The notes below the pieces were generated by a model that had not been told where the DNA came from, searched no databases, and saw only the letters and a program-made list of their open reading frames with translations. Below are positions 24,280-31,984 of a stretch of DNA of 64,000 nucleotides, piece after piece. Within the stretch, counting starts at the first letter, position 1; each line of letters starts with the position of its first letter. The DNA is from an uncultured Bifidobacteriaceae bacterium (GTDB lineage Bacteria > Verrucomicrobiota > Verrucomicrobiia > Limisphaerales > UBA11358): NCBI GenBank assembly GCA_964413165.1, contig CAYPSF010000001.1, positions 1,238 through 65,237 of the forward strand, read 5' to 3'. Position numbers and translations under genes: made by a program.

Positions 24280-25235
24280 CGCGGGACGGCCAGTTGCTGG
24301 AGGATTTGCTGGATGACTTCCGTCACGGTCAGGCCTTCGATTTCAAATTCCGGCCGGAGAATCAACCGGTGCTCCAGCACCGGCGGGGTCATGGTTTTGA
24401 TGTCATCGGGCGTGACAAAATCGCGGCCGGATATGGCGGCATAAGCTCGCGAGGCCATGATGAGCGATTGCGTGGCGCGCGGTCCCGCGCCCACCAGGAC
24501 GCTTTCGTGCTGCCGCGAGGCCCGGACGATGTCCACGAGATACCCGACCAGTTCATCCCGCAGGACGATGGCGGCCAGCCCGTCGCGCAGGGCCGACAGG
24601 TCCGCGGCTTTGATGACCGGCTGGACCACGCCCTGGGCCAGCAGGGTTTCGGGCGCGTCCTTCGTCATCGTGCGCTGGGCGAGTGACAGCTCCTCGGCAC
24701 GGTCCGGCGTTTTCATCGTGATTTTGAGCATGAACCGGTCTTTCTGCGCCTCGGGCAGCGGATAAGTGCCTTCGTATTCAATCGGGTTTTGCGTGGCGAA
24801 CACGGTGAAATTCGGCGACAACGGATGCGTTTCGCGGTCGATGGTCACCGCCCGTTCCTGCATGGCCTGCAGCAGCGCGGATTGCGTCTTGGCTGGGGCG
24901 CGGTTGATTTCATCCGCCAGCAAGAACGAGGTGAAAAGCGGGCCTTTGATGAGCGAGAATTCATTCCGTTGCAGGTTGAAAACGTTGGTGCCGGTAATGT
25001 CGGCGGGCATCAGGTCGGGGGTGAACTGGATGCGGGCGAAATCGGTGCCGAGCACGTGCGCCAGCGTGCGCACGAGCAGGGTTTTGGCGACGCCTGGCAC
25101 GCCTTCAATCAATGCGTGGCTGCCGGTGAAGATGGCGATGAGCGCCTTTTCGATGACGTCGTGCTGGCCGATGATGACCTTGCCGGTTTCTGACCGTGCC
25201 TGCGTGAGCACTTCCTTGAGTCGTTCAGTATTCAT
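24276..25235 (-). CDS. MoxR-like AAA+ ATPase
   Basis: Internal start MNTERLKEVLTQ...IIGQHDVIEKALIAIFTGSHALIEGVPGVAKT (Walker A), LLADEINRAPAKTQSALLQAM (Walker B). The long Arg/Gly/Pro-rich N-extension in the ORF track (to 25694) was rejected. Confidence 0.9.
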   Translation of the reverse strand: MNTERLKEVLTQARSETGKVIIGQHDVIEKALIAIFTGSHALIEGVPGVAKTLLVRTLAHVLGTDFARIQFTPDLMPADITGTNVFNLQRNEFSLIKGPLFTSFLLADEINRAPAKTQSALLQAMQERAVTIDRETHPLSPNFTVFATQNPIEYEGTYPLPEAQKDRFMLKITMKTPDRAEELSLAQRTMTKDAPETLLAQGVVQPVIKAADLSALRDGLAAIVLRDELVGYLVDIVRASRQHESVLVGAGPRATQSLIMASRAYAAISGRDFVTPDDIKTMTPPVLEHRLILRPEFEIEGLTVTEVIQQILQQLAVPR

Positions 25236-26491
25236 GATTTTGGTGGTGAGTTGCGGGTTCCCAGAACGGAGCAGATTTGTTTGTAGGTTTCCACCGGCTG
25301 CCGGTCTTTCGGCGGCCGGGAAGCTTCCGCCGCCCAAATGGCCTCGGCCTGCTGGACCCGGGCGCTGGCCGGCCGGGCGTGGAACCCCGCGGATTTTTTC
25401 CATTGGGCAAAACAGGTGCCGAGCAGATCGCGCGGGGCGATGCTGCGCCGCAGCAGATTGATGAACCCCGAGGCCGCGTCTTTTCCGGCCACATAGATTC
25501 GTTGTTCCCGGTCCCTGTGCGGCGGCGCGAGACTCAGGGAATTTTTCCAGATGAACAATCCGGCCAGCAGAATCAGACCCGCCAACAGTCCGTGCAAGCG
25601 GTATTGGCGCATCAACGCCGCCACTCCGGGGGTTTCCAGGACGCCCAGGTGCCCCTCGTCGAACACGACGTTCGGGTTGGGGCCGACGAGCCACGCCAGC
25701 AAATCCGGGTGCCGGTCCCTGGCCATCGCCTCGTTGCTGACAAAATAGGAATCCGTGGCGAAGATGATCGAGCCCATGCCGAACCGGCGTTCGATAACCA
25801 CCGCGTTGGTGTCGCGCGCATAAATCACGCGCCAGGCGCCGTCCAGGTTGATGAAAACAGTGCCGCTATGCCACTCGAGGGTCCGTGGCAGCGGCAGATC
25901 CGTCCGGTTCACCACCGGCACCGGCACGTAAACATCGCCGGCCTGCGCCAGCTTTTGGAAATCCGTGTGCAGCCCCCAGCGTTCATCCAGCCGGACCTCC
26001 TCGTCGTCCGCCTTTTTTTTCCTTTTCTTCGCCGGTTTTTCCGGCGTCATTTTTTCTTTCTTCGCCCTGGACTGCGCCGATTTCACCGAATTGGTTTCGT
26101 CGTCGTCTTCATCGTGAAACGCATACGATTCGGTTTGCGGGAAAAAGGTGACGACCAGCCGGCCGCCGCGGCCCAGAAACCCCTCAATCTCCCCGTACAG
26201 ATCCTTGGGCATCCGCTGCCATTCGTAGCGGGACGCGGCGAGGTGCAGATAAACCGTATGCGGCTCCTCCGGCAGGCGGTTGGCGACGCTGAAATCGCGG
26301 CGGGCGGATACCCCCGGCACCTTGCCGAGGCTTTCGTAAAACACCATTGTGCCGAGCGGGTCGGAACGCAAAGACGAGTAAGCCGGATAAACATCGCCCA
26401 CCTCGAACCGGAGCTGGAACAGCTCGACTAGGCCCAGAACCAGCGCGGCGGCGCACCCCAGCAGGAGCAGGATGGGAAAATATTTTTTCAT
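25232..26491 (-). CDS. DUF4350-like membrane-anchored protein with acidic/basic insert
   Basis: 419 aa. N-terminal TM segment. ...VVFDEGHLGV... and a C-terminal TM segment are typical of DUF4350 members of MoxR operons. It has a charged insert DEDDDETN...KKRKKKADDEE. Confidence 0.6.
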   Translation of the reverse strand: MKKYFPILLLLGCAAALVLGLVELFQLRFEVGDVYPAYSSLRSDPLGTMVFYESLGKVPGVSARRDFSVANRLPEEPHTVYLHLAASRYEWQRMPKDLYGEIEGFLGRGGRLVVTFFPQTESYAFHDEDDDETNSVKSAQSRAKKEKMTPEKPAKKRKKKADDEEVRLDERWGLHTDFQKLAQAGDVYVPVPVVNRTDLPLPRTLEWHSGTVFINLDGAWRVIYARDTNAVVIERRFGMGSIIFATDSYFVSNEAMARDRHPDLLAWLVGPNPNVVFDEGHLGVLETPGVAALMRQYRLHGLLAGLILLAGLFIWKNSLSLAPPHRDREQRIYVAGKDAASGFINLLRRSIAPRDLLGTCFAQWKKSAGFHARPASARVQQAEAIWAAEASRPPKDRQPVETYKQICSVLGTRNSPPKS

Positions 26492-28194
26492 CCTGCGTCT
26501 TTCAGTCTATCCACGTTGGCCGCGAACCGGTCCACCAGCCCGCGGCTGACCTCGTGGGTGCCGTACCAGACGCACTCAAACGACAGGAGGTTTTCGCCAA
26601 AAACCGGCAGCAAGCCGGGAAACGCATGTCCCCGCCGGCGCAATTCACGTTCGTAATCGCGGTTGGATTTGAAGCGCGCGATGCTGATCAGGTTGCGCGC
26701 GGCCAGATGGGAAAGGCTGGCGAGGTAAAACGCGCGCATCGCCAGGCGGAACTCGCCGCGTTCGAGCAGCTCGCGGCCCAGTTTCGTCCAGCCGTCCTCG
26801 GGCAACTGGTCGGCCCGCACATTTTCATCGGCCAGGTCCGGCAAGGACCGGACCGGCTCGCTGGCAACGGTGGCGCGCGACGGCCGATCGCGCCAGGTGC
26901 GATAAAGCAAGATCGCGAGCGCGGCCAACACTGCCGCCCCCAGCCCGTAAAGCAGGATTTGCAGCGTCAGGATCCAGCCGTATCCGTCGGATCCTGAGGC
27001 GGAATCAATCCGCCGATGGGGAAACAGCTTCCGCCACCATTTGTCCAGCCAGTCGGAAAACGACCGGGCCCATTGGCGCAGCATTTTGCCAGCCTTGGCG
27101 AAGAAGCGCGTGATGGCACTGTCGCCGGCGTCCGATTCCGCGATCTTTTCGCGGGGCATCCGCCAGGCGTACTTGTTTTCGTGGATGGTCTGGTTGATGG
27201 CGCGGTCCAGATCCGTCGCGGAGACCCCCGGGGAAGCCGGGGCCGGAACCGGCGCCCCGGACGGGGGCACGGCAGGTGGCGGCGCATCGGCGGCCCGGGC
27301 GGGCGAAGCGCAAACCAGACCCAGCAGCAACACCAGCAGGATCGCCGGGGCCGGCGGAGAAGCGGCAAAGGAATTCAGTTCGGCTCGCAAATCCTCGCCG
27401 GATTCCAGCGCCTCGCCGTAAAAACAGCGCAGGACAAAAATGGCTTTCAGGATCGGGTCCACGCACAGGTAGGTCAGGCCGGCCATCCCGGCAAAAAACG
27501 TCGTGTTCAACAGGCTGAGCGGATCCCGGGTGAAAACCGATTCGACGCCGGACAACATTTTGATCAATTGCGGCACGAACAGGCCAACGGTGACCCAATT
27601 CAGGAAAACATAAAGGCCAAACCCCGTCATGATGAGGAGCAGGATGATATTTTGCCGCGGCCAGAGCCGCCAGAGCCGCCACGCCTTCCGCAGGATCGCT
27701 TTCGTATCGGCCGACTGGCCGTCGGTCAGCGCGGTTACATTCTGGAAAAAGGCGAGCAGCCAGGCAATCACGGGTGCCAATACCAGCGCCAGCGGGAGGA
27801 AGACATAGGCCCCCAGTGCCAGGACCGCCAGCGGCACCAGTCCCCAGGACTGCAGGAAAGACTGCAGGACGATCACGCGCCCGCAGCGGCGGACATTCCA
27901 GTGCGGCACCGGCTCGGCGGCGAGGTGCGCCCGCAACCGCCGCGCAAAAATGACCTGCCAGAATTTCATCCAGATAAACAATCCGGCCAGGCCCAGAGCG
28001 GAATCGGCCAGATGCTGGTCCGCGAATGGGTTGCGGCTCATGTCCGCCCAGAAATACAGCAGTCCCAGCACAAACGGGACGGCCCCCAGATAATAAACCG
28101 CCAGGGTGGCGGCCGGCGCGGTGCGCAACCCATGGGTAGCTTCTTCGATCAGATCGAAGGCGCCTTTGCCCGGTTGCCGGTGCGCGGGTTTCAT
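26488..28194 (-). CDS. Polytopic membrane protein with C-terminal DUF4129-like domain
   Basis: 568 aa. Multiple TM helices. The C-terminus FRLAMRAFYLASLSHLAARNLISIARFKSNRDYEREL is DUF4129-like. Confidence 0.6.
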   Translation of the reverse strand: MKPAHRQPGKGAFDLIEEATHGLRTAPAATLAVYYLGAVPFVLGLLYFWADMSRNPFADQHLADSALGLAGLFIWMKFWQVIFARRLRAHLAAEPVPHWNVRRCGRVIVLQSFLQSWGLVPLAVLALGAYVFLPLALVLAPVIAWLLAFFQNVTALTDGQSADTKAILRKAWRLWRLWPRQNIILLLIMTGFGLYVFLNWVTVGLFVPQLIKMLSGVESVFTRDPLSLLNTTFFAGMAGLTYLCVDPILKAIFVLRCFYGEALESGEDLRAELNSFAASPPAPAILLVLLLGLVCASPARAADAPPPAVPPSGAPVPAPASPGVSATDLDRAINQTIHENKYAWRMPREKIAESDAGDSAITRFFAKAGKMLRQWARSFSDWLDKWWRKLFPHRRIDSASGSDGYGWILTLQILLYGLGAAVLAALAILLYRTWRDRPSRATVASEPVRSLPDLADENVRADQLPEDGWTKLGRELLERGEFRLAMRAFYLASLSHLAARNLISIARFKSNRDYERELRRRGHAFPGLLPVFGENLLSFECVWYGTHEVSRGLVDRFAANVDRLKDAG

Positions 28195-28205
28195 TTATGA
28201 ATTCG

Positions 28206-28297
28206 GGAAACAACCAACAACCAACAGCGAACATCCAATAAACGCGAAGGTCCGACCATTGGATGTTGAGCGTTGGATGTTCGATGTTCGATGTTCA
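28206..28297. repeat. Intergenic hairpin element with 7-bp-periodic arms (CAACAAC / GTTGGAT type)
   Basis: Left arm aaacaaccaacaaccaacagcgaacatccaat. Right arm attggatgttgagcgttggatgttcgatgttcgatgttca. The right arm ends on the stop codon of the upstream gene. Confidence 0.7.
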
Positions 28298-28621
28298 TTC
28301 TTGATCCACCCAGTTGACCTGCCAGAGGGTCTTTTCGTGGAACGAAGTCGGCAGTTTCGTCAGGCTGTCGCCGATGAGAAAAAAGAAAAACCAGGCGATG
28401 AGGAGGCCGAACACGCACTGAACGAGGCGCAACAGGCGCACGAACGCCGGCCGCCGGGTGACCGGCCGGCGCGCCAATTTTTTCAGGCAGGCGGCGCAGA
28501 CGACCCGGTCGTCGTGCTCCGTGATGCATTCGCGGCAGAAACACTGGCCGCACTCCGGGCACTGCGCCACGGCTTCACGGGCGGCATGGTTGAAACAGCG
28601 CTGCTGGGCCAGATTTTGCAT
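28295..28621 (-). CDS. Small B-box-type zinc-finger protein with C-terminal TM anchor
   Basis: 108 aa. CFNHAAREAVAQCPECGQCFCRECITEHDDRVVCAACL, followed by the hydrophobic stretch LLRLVQCVFGLLIAWFFFFLI. Confidence 0.6.
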   Translation of the reverse strand: MQNLAQQRCFNHAAREAVAQCPECGQCFCRECITEHDDRVVCAACLKKLARRPVTRRPAFVRLLRLVQCVFGLLIAWFFFFLIGDSLTKLPTSFHEKTLWQVNWVDQE

Positions 28622-28639
28622 GGTTCAGCGTCGGGTTGA

Positions 28640-29254
28640 TCAGGAGGGAAGCGGCGGCGCGGCCGGATTGTCCGCGGCCGGGGCGGGCAGTACGGCGCCA
28701 TCCGGGGCCGGGCTGGCGGCGGAGTCGGCCGTCGACTGTCCGCGGGAGGGAATTCCCTCCGGCGGCAGTTCGCCTTGTGCGGCGGTAATAAAGGGCCGGA
28801 CCCGGTCGAGCACCTGGCGCGCGCGCCGGACCCGGTTGAGCGACGGCAGTTCCTCGATTTGCACGGCGGTGCGCACAAAACAGGTGCAGGTCGGCCCCAG
28901 CAGGCTGTTGATCAACAGCGGCAGAACGAAGACCGCGATGGAAACAAGCCAGGCAACCATGACCGCCCCGTCTTTTCGCGGGAGGGAGAACAGGGCGTTC
29001 GCCAGACCGGCCAGGCAAATGACAATTGGCACCAGCAGCACCCCGTTCCAAATCGTTCGGCGATTGGTGAGAACCACGCTGAGGGCCTGGATGTCGCGAA
29101 AATAGAAACGCTTGTAATTTTCTGTGTAACCGCTGGAGTCGATGCAAAGCAGATGGTCCTTGCCCAGCCACAGGCTTGAGCGGGATATGGAAAAGACGCC
29201 AAAAGCCGATCGGGACCGGGCGCGGGTCAAACGTTGATATTCCTTCTCGGGCAT
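28640..29254 (-). CDS. Hypothetical membrane protein (2 TM, Pro/Ala-rich tail)
   Basis: 204 aa. TM segments WNGVLLVPIVICLAGLANALF and VMVAWLVSIAVFVLPLLINSLL. No recognisable family. Confidence 0.5.
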   Translation of the reverse strand: MPEKEYQRLTRARSRSAFGVFSISRSSLWLGKDHLLCIDSSGYTENYKRFYFRDIQALSVVLTNRRTIWNGVLLVPIVICLAGLANALFSLPRKDGAVMVAWLVSIAVFVLPLLINSLLGPTCTCFVRTAVQIEELPSLNRVRRARQVLDRVRPFITAAQGELPPEGIPSRGQSTADSAASPAPDGAVLPAPAADNPAAPPLPS

Positions 29255-29257
29255 GGG

Positions 29258-29842
29258 TCAGGAATCGTGGTGGGTGGCGAATATAACCAGGAGCACGCCC
29301 CAACCGGCAATTTGCATCAAGGCCAGGACAATGGCGGCGACCAGGCGAATTTTTGTCCGGTGGACGATGCTGCGGGGCGCGTTCCAATAACGGATGGCCA
29401 CATACAAGGCGGCCGGCGCAGTGACCAGGGTGAAATAAAAGATCAGCAGCGGATAAATCGCCAGGGACAGGGCAATGCCATCATAAAGCGTGCGCTGGTT
29501 TTCCAGGCTCTTGATTTTACCCTTGGTTTTTCCCGTTTCCAGGCAGGCGGGACAGAAATGCTGTCCATGGAGTTCGCAATCGCACAGGGCGCAAAGAAAG
29601 CGGCCGCACCCCTGGCAGGGCCGCACCGCTTTTTTTTGCGGATGATAAAAGCAGCTCGACTCGCCTTCCACCATGATGGTTTCGCCGCTTTGCCCCGGGT
29701 GGATGGGGCGGAACAGCGCGGGGAAAACTTCCACCCGCAGGGGCACGCCACAAGCCGGGCAGGGCGCCAAATCCGGCTGGTTGAAGACCCCGTCCAACAG
29801 CCAGGCCTGGCATTTGGGGCATTGAACCAGCGGCGTATTCAT
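29258..29842 (-). CDS. Zinc-ribbon + B-box-type zinc-finger membrane protein
   Basis: 194 aa. CPKCQAW...CPACG ribbon. CFYHPQKKAVRPCQGCGRFLCALCDCELHGQHFCPACL B-box-like module, paralogous to the one in 28295..28621. C-terminal TM helices. Confidence 0.6.
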   Translation of the reverse strand: MNTPLVQCPKCQAWLLDGVFNQPDLAPCPACGVPLRVEVFPALFRPIHPGQSGETIMVEGESSCFYHPQKKAVRPCQGCGRFLCALCDCELHGQHFCPACLETGKTKGKIKSLENQRTLYDGIALSLAIYPLLIFYFTLVTAPAALYVAIRYWNAPRSIVHRTKIRLVAAIVLALMQIAGWGVLLVIFATHHDS

Positions 29843-29845
29843 GGG

Positions 29846-30625
29846 CTATTTGAAAACCACGCGCGTGTTGCAGATGTAATCATGCAAAGCGCGTTTCTGT
29901 TCGTCGAAGCCGGCGATGATAAAGCCGATCAGACAAGTCATGTAACTGAGGATTTTGGCAAAATACCGGCCAAACGCGCGCCCATACGAGACGCGCCCGC
30001 CATCCGCCGTCACCACCATGATTTTGCAGGCCATCTTGCCCAGCGTTGCCCCATATTTGCCGATGAGCACTGTTTCATAGGAAATACCGATGGTCAGTTG
30101 AATGACCATCAAGACCAGTTGCAACGCGAGGGCGCCCTTGGGTTCCACGCCGATTGCCTGGCGTGCGCTCATTCCGGCGATCAACGAAATGCACATGTTC
30201 ACCGCTCCAAGAATCAAACCGTCCAGGAAAACCGCGGCAAATCGCGTCCAAAACCCGGCATAGCGCAATCCTCCGGTATTGAGCTGCGCACCTTCGGCCA
30301 GTTTTTGCATGAAGACCGGCTTGCAATTGGCGCAGATGCGGACTTCGCCGTGCCGGATCATATCCTGGATCGGAAAAATTTTGCCGCATTCGGCGCAAAC
30401 CGCTTCCGTGGTTTCCCCGGAAGCCTGGCCGGGGCTGCCGGCGGTTGGCTGTCCGGGCGCCGACGGCGGTCCGCCTCCCGCCTCTCGCTGGGGCACCCAG
30501 GCGGCCATGCCTTCGTGCCAGACCAGCGTGTCGGGCTGGATTTTTCCGCTGCGCACCAGTTCCTCGAACTGCGCGTCATTCACCGGGCCGGTTTGCTGTC
30601 CTTGGTCAACGTAATACCAGTTCAT
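29846..30625 (-). CDS. GYF_2 (DUF4339) - zinc ribbon - RDD family membrane protein
   Basis: 259 aa. MNWYYVDQGQQTGPVNDAQFEELVRSGKIQPDTLVWHEGMAAWVP (GYF-like), CAECGKIF...RICANCK, YAGFWTRFAAVFLDGLILG (RDD). Confidence 0.75.
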   Translation of the reverse strand: MNWYYVDQGQQTGPVNDAQFEELVRSGKIQPDTLVWHEGMAAWVPQREAGGGPPSAPGQPTAGSPGQASGETTEAVCAECGKIFPIQDMIRHGEVRICANCKPVFMQKLAEGAQLNTGGLRYAGFWTRFAAVFLDGLILGAVNMCISLIAGMSARQAIGVEPKGALALQLVLMVIQLTIGISYETVLIGKYGATLGKMACKIMVVTADGGRVSYGRAFGRYFAKILSYMTCLIGFIIAGFDEQKRALHDYICNTRVVFK

Positions 30626-30821
30626 GTTTGGCCTTTGGAGATAAGATCGATTGGTCTGGTTCGGCTCAACTTGATTGCCCCGGAAAATGCAGATTTAAAG
30701 CGGAAATGGCAAAATAAATCTATTCGGGCATCACTGCGGCCGACCGGCCGGACAATGGCGGTCGCAAAATTGTCAAAGGATGGGTCGTTCGAGATTGTCT
30801 TATTTGGTAAAAGAAAGCTGC

Positions 30822-31382
30822 ATGGGCGACACGGACGAAGAAAAAATCTGGGTGTTGCAAAGCCGGAATGGCGACCCGTCGGCTTTTGAATCGCTGGTTC
30901 GCCAGCATCAACGCATGGTTCATTCGCTCACGTTTCGTATGACCGGCTCCCTGGCGGACGCCGAGGATCTCGCGCAGGAGACCTTCGTCCGTGCCTACCG
31001 GCAGCTGGATTCCTACCAGGGCAAGGCAAAATTTTCCACCTGGCTGTACCGCATCGCCGTCAACGCCTGTTTGAACTGGCGCCAGCGTGAAAGCCGGCGT
31101 GAACAAATTCATGCTCATTGGGCCGAATCCAACGACGCCTTGCGGCCGGAACCGGAAACTCCCGCCGGCGAGGACGCCCCGGCCCGGGAGGTACAGGCGG
31201 CCCTGATGAAACTGCCGGCCAAGCAGCGCGCCGCCATTGTCTTGACCGTTTACGACGGGCATAATCATGCCGAAGCGGCAAAAATCCTGGGCTGTTCGGA
31301 AACGACGGTTTCCTGGCGGATTTTTGCCGCGCGCCGGAAACTGAAACGGCTGTTGAGCGGCAAAGGAGGTCGGAATGAATGA
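30822..31382 (+). CDS. ECF-type RNA polymerase sigma-70 factor
   Basis: FESLVRQHQRMVHSLTFRMTGSLADAEDLAQETFVRAY (region 2) and HAEAAKILGCSETTVSWRIFAARRKLK (region 4). The ORF-track start at 30780 is also possible. Confidence 0.85.
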   Translation: MGDTDEEKIWVLQSRNGDPSAFESLVRQHQRMVHSLTFRMTGSLADAEDLAQETFVRAYRQLDSYQGKAKFSTWLYRIAVNACLNWRQRESRREQIHAHWAESNDALRPEPETPAGEDAPAREVQAALMKLPAKQRAAIVLTVYDGHNHAEAAKILGCSETTVSWRIFAARRKLKRLLSGKGGRNE

Positions 31383-31974
31383 CCATGATTTGGAAAAGAA
31401 ACTGAAGGCCGTGCCGGTTCCGGCGCGGGCTGAAGACTATTGGGAATCATTTCCCCGGCTGGTATCAGCCCGGTTGCGCACGTCCCCGGCTGGGCGCCCG
31501 GTGCTGGAACATCGTTGGCTGCCCCGGCTGGCGTGGGGCGGCGGCATCGCTTTCGCCTGCCTGATGATCGGGTTCGCCGTCGGTCATTGGCGCGGACGGA
31601 CGGAGAAGAACGATGCTTACGCGCTGCTGCAAAACGGGAAGATGCTGCAGGAGGTATTGACGTTGTTCCCGAACCGCGTCCGGGCCATCACGCAGGACGA
31701 ACACGGGGTGCAACTGGTGCTGGCCGACCAGGCCGATGTGCCGGTCTCGACCCCGATTTATGTTCACATCTGCAACGGCAAACAATGTTCGTCGCTGGTG
31801 ACCTTCAGCGGCCAGGAACTCGAAATCGCCGGGCAGAAGGTGACGGTGCTTTTGAACGCGGAAGGCGGCGTGATCGTGGCCGGGCCCCGGTTTGCCTGGT
31901 CGAGCGACCAGCCGGCCCGCGTGAGCGGCGGCTTGAAGATTGAGGCCAGAAGATTGAGTTCGATCAACCTCTGA
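31375..31974 (+). CDS. Putative anti-sigma factor (single-pass membrane protein)
   Basis: 199 aa. It overlaps the sigma gene stop by 8 bp. One TM segment (LAWGGGIAFACLMIGFAV). Position-based call; no zinc-binding anti-sigma motif seen. Confidence 0.5.
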   Translation: MNDHDLEKKLKAVPVPARAEDYWESFPRLVSARLRTSPAGRPVLEHRWLPRLAWGGGIAFACLMIGFAVGHWRGRTEKNDAYALLQNGKMLQEVLTLFPNRVRAITQDEHGVQLVLADQADVPVSTPIYVHICNGKQCSSLVTFSGQELEIAGQKVTVLLNAEGGVIVAGPRFAWSSDQPARVSGGLKIEARRLSSINL

Positions 31975-31984
31975 GGAAATATCC

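Noticed and set aside
24276-25694. 472-aa version of the MoxR ORF
   Set aside because: The first 153 codons overlap the DUF4350 gene and are Arg/Gly/Pro-rich. The internal ATG gives an ATGA junction and a normal MoxR N-terminus.
25277-26431. 384-aa plus-strand ORF
   Set aside because: It is antisense to the DUF4350-like gene and has no motifs.
27005-28234. 409-aa minus-strand and 394-aa plus-strand ORFs overlapping the DUF4129 gene
   Set aside because: They are an alternative frame and an antisense frame. Both are extremely Arg/Gly/Pro-rich, whereas the 568-aa frame has TM helices and a DUF4129-like C-terminus.
29234-30889. 551-aa plus-strand ORF, the longest unexplained ORF in the window
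   Set aside because: It runs antisense across three minus-strand genes that each carry recognisable domains (B-box, zinc ribbon, GYF, RDD). It has no motifs and its composition is typical of antisense frames. It could only be revisited with expression data.
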